Shown here in pieces: positions 21,301 to 26,897 of a stretch of DNA of 64,000 bases. Under the pieces are notes generated by a model. The model was given only the letters and a program-made list of their open reading frames with translations, was not told the origin of the DNA and searched no databases. The position numbers and the translations under genes were made by a program. The stretch is taken from contig JAHHKH010000254.1 in the NCBI GenBank assembly GCA_018679695.1, positions 199-64,198 of the forward strand, read 5' to 3'. The DNA comes from Maribacter sp. GTDB lineage: Bacteria > Bacteroidota > Bacteroidia > Flavobacteriales > Flavobacteriaceae. Position 1 is the stretch's first letter; each line of letters begins with the position of its first letter.

Positions 21301-21710
21301 TTTTGGCAAGGGAGTTGGATTTAAAGAATGAATTTGCCGATATTGAAATTCAAAATTTGATTCCAGAATTACTGCAAAAAGGATCGATTGAAGATTTTTT
21401 ATCGCATTGGGATATCTTAAATGATAAATTCAATGAACTGAAAAAGAACCAAAAACCTGGTCATGTTTTACGATATGTTGGTGATTTACATGGTGATTTA
21501 AGAAGGGAAAAAGGTAAATTGGATGTAAACTTGATTTCAGTATCAAAAGATAGTGCCTTAGGACAGATTAAGGGTTCTGATTCAATTATAGAGATTTATA
21601 CCGAATCATATGGGGAGCATCCTCTTGTAATTCAAGGTGCAGGAGCAGGAGCGGCCGTAACGGCGAGGGGTGTTTTCGGGGATATTCTTAGAATTGCCGA
21701 AAAAGGATAG
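18324..21710 (+). CDS. triple fusion: homoserine O-acyltransferase (MetX-type alpha/beta hydrolase) + aspartokinase + homoserine dehydrogenase
   Basis: N-terminal ~325 aa carry the MetX motifs GGSLGG, VDSDLFF and GHDAFL. The aspartokinase part follows with KILKFGGRSL, then ACT-like repeats. The homoserine dehydrogenase part has VAVFGHGNVGG and a C-terminal GAGAGA..TA.GV.. motif. It is a single uninterrupted frame. Start placed at the ATG two codons after the TTG at 18318. Confidence 0.85.
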   Translation: MLHQLEIKNYKTLSGVTQDISLSYQLFGKPLHKAPVVLVNHALTGNSNVTGLDGWWSALVGEGKCIDTNKYTIMAFNIPGNGYDGFEIENYKDFVAGDIAKLFLLGIKELNIQKLFAIIGGSLGGGIAWEMAALDPAVTTHLIPVASDWKSTDWLIANCQIQEQFLTNSKQPVHDARMHAMLCYRTPESFKERFKRSTNEELQIFNVESWLMHHGEKLKDRFQLSAYKLMNQLLKTIDITRSGESAFVDLQNSDTNIHIIGVDSDLFFTANENKETFKQLAQAKSNVTYGEVQSLHGHDAFLIEFEQMQKLLNGIFNTNGKTERIKILKFGGRSLSNGEGLGHVLEIIVKKVNDGENIAVVLSAREKATDQLETMLEKAARGEDYSEDFTAFENYQTHTFKNVNLATEYEALFKLFEGVSLLGDYSAKIKDQVLAFGEIISAKLITKLLIGKGINAKWMDSRKLIKTDDTFGDAHVIEGVSKENVLREFADLSHDVVPIITGFIASTIENETTTLGRNGSNYSAAMLANYLDAEELQNYTHVDGIFTANPDYVAEAKRISELSYSEANELANFGTTILHAKTIIPLIEKNIPLRILNTFNSDNEGTLISAKSNKEGIKSLSVIDNVALINLEGRGLLGKVGVDARIFKSLGDNNISVSIVSQGSSERGIGLVVNAKNALRAKIALDREFTSDYQSKDINRITVVKDVSVISIVGQDLSTFHKPYNSLIKNQIVPLLFNNTVTGRNVSLVVKKSDLHKALNVIHGQIFGISKKVNVAVFGHGNVGGTLIDQILKSSKTIEKRKGLDLNVFALANSKKVLLNEKGISKNWKTAIKEKGIDYKISDIFAFAKKHHFENLIAVDNTASEDFVAHYFEFVENGFDLVSSNKIANTLGYDYYQLLRGELTKYQKQYLYETNVGAGLPLIDTIKLLHLSGENITRIKGVFSGSLSYIFNTFSEVNAPFTSILKDAMNKGFTEPDPREDLSGNDVGRKLLILARELDLKNEFADIEIQNLIPELLQKGSIEDFLSHWDILNDKFNELKKNQKPGHVLRYVGDLHGDLRREKGKLDVNLISVSKDSALGQIKGSDSIIEIYTESYGEHPLVIQGAGAGAAVTARGVFGDILRIAEKG

Positions 21711-21712
21711 TT

Positions 21713-22882
21713 ATGGGTAAGAAACATAAATTTGAGACTAATGCCATACGAACGCAGATAGAGCGATCCCAATTTTTGGAGCATTCAAGTCCCATTTATC
21801 TAACATCGAGTTTTGTATTTGAGGATGCAGAGGACATGCGTGCTTCATTTGCCGAGGAAAAAGAAAGGAATATCTATTCAAGATACTCCAATCCAAATTC
21901 CTCCGAATTTATTGATAAGGTATGTAAAATGGAAGGTGCGGAAGATGGTTTTGCCTTTGCCTCTGGTATGGCAGCTGTATTTTCAACCTTTGCTGCCTTA
22001 TTACAAAGCGGGGACCACATACTGTCAGCACGAAGTATTTTTGGTTCTACCCATAGTTTGTTCTTGAATTTCTTCCCAAAATGGAATATTACCCATAGTT
22101 ACTTTAAGATTGACGAATTGGATACCATTGACCAATTGGTAACACCAAATACAAAAATTTTATATGCAGAATCGCCCACCAATCCAGGAGTTGATATCTT
22201 GGATTTGGAAGAGCTGGGTAAATTTGCCAAAAGGCATAACTTAATATTTATTGTCGATAATTGTTTTGCATCGCCCTATCTGCAGCAGCCAATTAAATTT
22301 GGGGCGGACTTGGTCATTCATTCCGGAACCAAATTAATGGACGGCCAGGGAAGAGTACTTGCAGGAATTACCGTTGGGAGTGTCGAATTAATAGATAAGA
22401 TTTACCGCTTCTCCCGTATAACGGGGCCGTCACTTTCACCTTTTAACGCATGGCTTTTGTCAAAAAGTTTGGAAACATTGGCAATTCGGGTCGATAGGCA
22501 TTGTGGGAATGCATTAAAGGTCGCGAAGTTTTTAGAACAACATAAAAAAGTGAATTGGGTAAAATATCCTTTTTTGAAATCGCATCCTAACTATGAACTT
22601 GCCAAAAAGCAGATGAAAGCTGGTGGATGTGTTGTGGCTTTCGAATTAGAAGGAGGACTTGAAGCTGGCCGAAGATTTTTCGATACTATTGGGTTATTGT
22701 CCTTATCCGCTAATTTAGGGGATTCAAGAAGTATAGTAACCCATCCTGCATCAACTACCCATAGTAAGCTCTCAAATGAAGAAAGAAATTCTGTGGGTAT
22801 TACCAACGGTACAGTAAGAATATCAGTAGGATTGGAGCATATTGATGATATTTTAGACGATATCGCACAGGCTTTAAAGTAG
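21713..22882 (+). CDS. cystathionine gamma-synthase / O-succinylhomoserine sulfhydrylase family PLP enzyme
   Basis: 389 aa trans-sulfuration family protein (HSGTKLMDGQG PLP-lysine region). Starts 2 nt after the fusion gene's stop codon. Confidence 0.8.
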   Translation: MGKKHKFETNAIRTQIERSQFLEHSSPIYLTSSFVFEDAEDMRASFAEEKERNIYSRYSNPNSSEFIDKVCKMEGAEDGFAFASGMAAVFSTFAALLQSGDHILSARSIFGSTHSLFLNFFPKWNITHSYFKIDELDTIDQLVTPNTKILYAESPTNPGVDILDLEELGKFAKRHNLIFIVDNCFASPYLQQPIKFGADLVIHSGTKLMDGQGRVLAGITVGSVELIDKIYRFSRITGPSLSPFNAWLLSKSLETLAIRVDRHCGNALKVAKFLEQHKKVNWVKYPFLKSHPNYELAKKQMKAGGCVVAFELEGGLEAGRRFFDTIGLLSLSANLGDSRSIVTHPASTTHSKLSNEERNSVGITNGTVRISVGLEHIDDILDDIAQALK

Positions 22883-22923
22883 TAGTATTCGGCATAACTA
22901 AAGGCGCAACTATCTAATGTACG

Positions 22924-22931
22924 TACTTTTG
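22924..22931 (+). promoter_or_regulatory. candidate -7 promoter box (TACTTTTG) for the Rrf2 gene
   Basis: Exact TAnnTTTG match 30 nt upstream of the ATG at 22961. Confidence 0.4.
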
Positions 22932-22960
22932 AAAATGTTAAATTTCCCTATCTTCGCTAC

Positions 22961-23371
22961 ATGCTCTCCAAAAAGACAAAATACGGCTTAAAGGCGCTTG
23001 CATTTTTGGCTTCCCAAAATGATAGGAAACCAGTACAGATTGCAGAGATTGCAAGGCATGAGAATATTTCGCAAAAATTTTTGGAAAGTATTCTTTTGAA
23101 CTTGCGCAAGACCGGACTTCTTGGATCTAAAAAGGGGAAGGGTGGAGGATACTATCTTATAAAGGAACCCAAAGAAATTCTTATGACCGATGTTATGCGC
23201 ATTCTCGAAGGTCCTATCGCAATGGTACCTTGTGTAAGCTTGAATTTCTATGAAAAATGTGATGATTGCCCCGATGAAAATGCATGTGCCGTACATAAGT
23301 TAATGCTTCAAGTTAGAGATAGCGCACTGGCAATTTATCGTAATAATACCTTAGCCGATTTGATCAAGTAA
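22961..23371 (+). CDS. Rrf2 family transcriptional regulator with four-Cys motif
   Basis: 136 aa. N-terminal wHTH (KTKYGLKAL..L...........IAE......KFLE.IL..L...GL). C-terminal C-X8-C-X2-C-X5-C followed by AVH. Confidence 0.9.
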   Translation: MLSKKTKYGLKALAFLASQNDRKPVQIAEIARHENISQKFLESILLNLRKTGLLGSKKGKGGGYYLIKEPKEILMTDVMRILEGPIAMVPCVSLNFYEKCDDCPDENACAVHKLMLQVRDSALAIYRNNTLADLIK

Positions 23372-23480
23372 ACCTTAGGATTCCAAATAATTGGGTCACA
23401 GGGGCCAATATCCCGTAAATCTGCATTAAATGGGTTGGAAATCCTATAATATTTCAATGATAGACTGGTTTTGTTATAAA

Positions 23481-23497
23481 TCTATTAAATCAATAGG
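23481..23497. promoter_or_regulatory. candidate operator box 1 (TCTATTAAATCAATAGG)
   Basis: Imperfect palindrome CTATT-N5-AATAG, 16/17 identical to box 2 exactly 80 bp downstream. Confidence 0.35.
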
Positions 23498-23547
23498 TTA
23501 TATATAATATTTATTAAAATTTAACGTGGTGGTATTGTTAATAATTC

Positions 23548-23555
23548 TATTTTTG
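23548..23555 (+). promoter_or_regulatory. candidate -7 promoter box (TATTTTTG) for the DUF2061-cysHDN operon
   Basis: Exact TAnnTTTG match 47 nt upstream of the ATG at 23602. Box 2 begins 6 nt downstream of it. Confidence 0.45.
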
Positions 23556-23560
23556 CTTTC

Positions 23561-23577
23561 TCTATTAAATCCATAGG
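23561..23577. promoter_or_regulatory. candidate operator box 2 (TCTATTAAATCCATAGG)
   Basis: Near-identical copy of box 1, positioned over the predicted transcription start of the cys operon. Confidence 0.35.
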
Positions 23578-23601
23578 GTAAAAGAATTTAATTTATTTCT
23601 A

Positions 23602-23865
23602 ATGTTGACAGACCAACTTATTTTAAATAAAAAGCAAACAAGAAGTGATTATAGTACCAATAAAAAGTCGGAAAAACCCATACGTAGCGTAGCAAAGGCA
23701 TTAAGTTGGAGGGTGGTGGGTACCTTGGATACCTTACTAATATCCTATTTACTCACAGGCAAAATTACCATAGCTGCTTCTATTGCTTCTATCGATTTTT
23801 TAACCAAAATGGTTTTGTATTTTTTCCACGAAAGACTTTGGAATTTGGTTAGCTGGGGAAAATAG
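23602..23865 (+). CDS. DUF2061 family small membrane protein
   Basis: 87 aa. The KA.SWRVVGTLDT..ISY..TG pattern and two hydrophobic helices are typical of DUF2061. First gene of the cys cluster. Confidence 0.7.
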   Translation: MLTDQLILNKKQTRSDYSTNKKSEKPIRSVAKALSWRVVGTLDTLLISYLLTGKITIAASIASIDFLTKMVLYFFHERLWNLVSWGK

Positions 23866-23892
23866 ATAAGTACCAATTATAATACTGGAAAG

Positions 23893-24516
23893 ATGGATTT
23901 TTCAAAAGATCAAGTTAAAAAACTAAACATTCAATTCAAGGGTATGCCTCCGGAGGAAATCATTTCTTGGGCTATAAAATATGCCAATAATCCTGTGGTA
24001 ACTACCAATTTCAGGCCTTACGAAGTGGCAATACTCAATGCAGTCACTCAGGTAAGAAAGAACATTCCCGTAGTTTGGTGCGATACCGGATATAATACGC
24101 CACAAACCTATAAACATGCAGAAACGCTTATAGAAATCTTGGGTTTGAATATAAAACTATTTGTTCCCAGGCAAACTTCTGCCCATCGTGATGTGACTAT
24201 GGGTATCCCAGGTATAGAAGATAAAAGGCATGCCGAATTTACCGAACAGGTAAAATTGGAACCTTTTAGAAGAGCCATGGCCGAGATTAAACCCGATGTT
24301 TGGTTTACCAATTTGAGAAAAGGCCAGACTGCTCACAGGAACACCTTGGATATCCTGAGCTTGAGTAATAATGGTGTGCTGAAAGTGAGTCCGTTTTATC
24401 ATTGGAGCGATGGGCAATTGGATATGTATTTGGAAGAAAGGAATCTGCAAAACGAACATACCTATTTTGACCCTACAAAGGTCCTAGAAAACCGCGAATG
24501 TGGTTTACACATTTAA
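23893..24516 (+). CDS. cysH: phosphoadenosine phosphosulfate (PAPS)-type sulfonucleotide reductase lacking Fe-S cysteine motifs
   Basis: 207 aa PAPS_reduct fold with C-terminal ECGLH motif. Only two Cys in total, with no CC...CxxC cluster motif. Confidence 0.9.
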   Translation: MDFSKDQVKKLNIQFKGMPPEEIISWAIKYANNPVVTTNFRPYEVAILNAVTQVRKNIPVVWCDTGYNTPQTYKHAETLIEILGLNIKLFVPRQTSAHRDVTMGIPGIEDKRHAEFTEQVKLEPFRRAMAEIKPDVWFTNLRKGQTAHRNTLDILSLSNNGVLKVSPFYHWSDGQLDMYLEERNLQNEHTYFDPTKVLENRECGLHI

Positions 24517-24540
24517 TAACATTGAATAACTTCAGTATTT

Positions 24541-25440
24541 ATGAAAGACACATCATACATAAATCCTTTGGAAAACGAAGCCATATATATTATGAGGGAA
24601 GTGGCGGCACAGTTTGAAAATCCTGTTTTGCTATTCTCCGGTGGAAAGGATTCAATAACGCTAGTACGTTTGGCTCAAAAGGCATTCTATCCAGCAAAGA
24701 TTCCATTTCCTTTGATGCATATTGATACCGGTCATAATTTTCCCGAGACAATTGAATTCAGGGATCGTTTGGTAAATGAACTTGGATTGGAATTGATTGT
24801 ACGTAACGTACAGGAATCTATTGACCAAGGAAAAGTAAAAGAAGAAACGGGAAGATATTCAAGTAGAAATTCGTTGCAGACCACAACGCTATTGGATGCT
24901 ATAGAAGAGTTCAGGTTCGATGCTTGCATTGGAGGTGCAAGGCGCGATGAGGAAAAGGCCCGAGCCAAAGAGCGCATATTTTCAGTGCGCGATGATTTCG
25001 GGCAGTGGGATGAGAAAAATCAGAGACCCGAACTTTTTGATATGTTGAACGGTCAAATTGAAATGGGGCAGAATGTTCGTGTTTTTCCCATTTCAAATTG
25101 GACAGAACTAGATGTATGGTCTTATATTGAAAAGGAACAGATAGAAATTCCGTCAATATACTTTGCACATAAACGGAAGATTTTCCTAAGGGACGGATTG
25201 ATTTGGTCACATTCCGATTTTGTATACCAAGAGGACCATGAAGAGGTGTTGGAAGAGGTGGTCAGATTTAGAACAGTTGGTGATATGAGCTGTACAGCCG
25301 CAGTTTTATCCAAAGCGGAAGATATTGCGAGCGTGGTCCAGGAAATTCGGGAATCGACTATTTCAGAAAGAGGGGCCAGGATTGATGACAAACGTTCGGA
25401 AGCGGCCATGGAAAAAAGAAAACAACAAGGATATTTTTAA
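24541..25440 (+). CDS. cysD: sulfate adenylyltransferase subunit 2
   Basis: 299 aa. SGGKDS PP-loop and the conserved CysD C-terminus ...ME.RK..GYF. Confidence 0.95.
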   Translation: MKDTSYINPLENEAIYIMREVAAQFENPVLLFSGGKDSITLVRLAQKAFYPAKIPFPLMHIDTGHNFPETIEFRDRLVNELGLELIVRNVQESIDQGKVKEETGRYSSRNSLQTTTLLDAIEEFRFDACIGGARRDEEKARAKERIFSVRDDFGQWDEKNQRPELFDMLNGQIEMGQNVRVFPISNWTELDVWSYIEKEQIEIPSIYFAHKRKIFLRDGLIWSHSDFVYQEDHEEVLEEVVRFRTVGDMSCTAAVLSKAEDIASVVQEIRESTISERGARIDDKRSEAAMEKRKQQGYF

Positions 25441-25523
25441 TAGAACTTTTCATTCCTATGAAAATGGGAATCGCTAAGTAACGATAATATCAAATTAATA
25501 TCCCTATAAGGGGGGCAATAAAA

Positions 25524-26771
25524 ATGGAAGTACTAAAAATAGCAACAGCAGGAAGTGTGGATGACGGGAAAAGCACCTTGATCGGTAGACTTTTATATGA
25601 TACTAAATCGTTAACTACAGATAAATTGGAGGCCATTGAAAAAACAAGTAAACAAAAAGGGTATGATTATTTGGATTTCTCTTTGGCTACCGATGGTTTG
25701 GTGGCGGAACGGGAACAAGGAATCACTATAGACGTAGCCCATATTTATTTCTCAACGCCAAAAAAAAGTTACATCATCGCCGATACGCCCGGCCATGTTG
25801 AATATACGAGGAATATGGTAACAGGTGCTTCAACATCACAAGCCGCAATAATATTGATCGATGCACGAAAGGGAGTCATTGAACAGACCAATCGTCATTT
25901 TTTTATCAATAATCTTTTGCGGATCAAAGATGTTATTGTGGCCATAAACAAAATGGATTTAGTTGATTTTTCTGAGTCTGTATATAGTGCTATAAAAGCT
26001 GATTTCGAAGCGCTAATGGGAAAGCGCGATTATAAAGGTCAGAACATCACCTTTATTCCAGTAAGCGCCTTAAAGGGGGATAATGTGGTAAATACATCAA
26101 CAAATACACCTTGGTATGAAGGTCAAACTTTGTTAGAACATTTGGAGGAATTGGATAGAAAGGATATTTATAATGTAGGGACCCCAAGATTTCCAGTGCA
26201 ATACGTAATCCGACCAAAGACCACTGAATTCCATGATTTTAGGGGATTTGCCGGTAAGGTCTATGGTGGAGAACTAAATGTGGGCGATGAAGTTGTTGCC
26301 TTGCCATCACAGACTAAATCAAAAATAAAGGACATTTACTTTTATAATGAAAAATGCCAAACTGCATCCAGACGTTCATCGGTCACCATAACACTGGAAG
26401 ACGAGATCAATGTAAGTCGTGGTGATATGCTAGTGAAGGTAGCGGATTTGCCGACTATTGATAAACAGTTTACAGCAACCATTTCTTGGATGGATACCAA
26501 AAATCTAAATTCAGGGGGTAAATATGTACTACAGCACGGTATAAATAAGGTTTTGGCAAAAATTGATAGTATCCATTACAAAATCAATCCAGATTATTCC
26601 GGTATAGATGAAAACGTAGATTCGCTTAATATAAATGATATTGCCAAAGTATCGTTTAAACTGAACAAGCCCATTTTCTTTGATGCATTCAAAGACCATA
26701 GAACCAATGGGTCTTTCATATTGATAGATACACAAACAAACAATACGGTAGGAGCAGGGTTTATTGACTAA
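25524..26771 (+). CDS. cysN: sulfate adenylyltransferase subunit 1 (GTPase), without fused APS kinase domain
   Basis: 415 aa. GSVDDGKST, DTPGH and NKMD GTPase motifs. The length leaves no room for a CysC domain. Confidence 0.93.
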   Translation: MEVLKIATAGSVDDGKSTLIGRLLYDTKSLTTDKLEAIEKTSKQKGYDYLDFSLATDGLVAEREQGITIDVAHIYFSTPKKSYIIADTPGHVEYTRNMVTGASTSQAAIILIDARKGVIEQTNRHFFINNLLRIKDVIVAINKMDLVDFSESVYSAIKADFEALMGKRDYKGQNITFIPVSALKGDNVVNTSTNTPWYEGQTLLEHLEELDRKDIYNVGTPRFPVQYVIRPKTTEFHDFRGFAGKVYGGELNVGDEVVALPSQTKSKIKDIYFYNEKCQTASRRSSVTITLEDEINVSRGDMLVKVADLPTIDKQFTATISWMDTKNLNSGGKYVLQHGINKVLAKIDSIHYKINPDYSGIDENVDSLNINDIAKVSFKLNKPIFFDAFKDHRTNGSFILIDTQTNNTVGAGFID

Positions 26772-26830
26772 CATTACGTGATTTTGATGTATGTGGTAGC
26801 CAATCATTCAAACCTATAATCGAGATATAG

Positions 26831-26846
26831 TCTATAAAACCTATAG
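26831..26846. promoter_or_regulatory. candidate operator box 3 (TCTATAAAACCTATAG)
   Basis: Palindrome CTATA-N5-TATAG related to boxes 1 and 2, in the cysN to sulfite reductase intergenic region. Confidence 0.3.
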
Positions 26847-26897
26847 ATATTATAGAATAATATCATCTAGTACTAGACTCTTTAAAAGAAATACGAT

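Noticed and set aside
23481-23577. Two near-identical 17-nt repeats as a possible miniature CRISPR array or mobile-element terminal repeats
   Set aside because: There are only two adjacent copies. Each is internally palindromic, they are separated by a promoter-containing 63-nt spacer, and no cas or transposase genes are nearby. An operator-site interpretation fits better.
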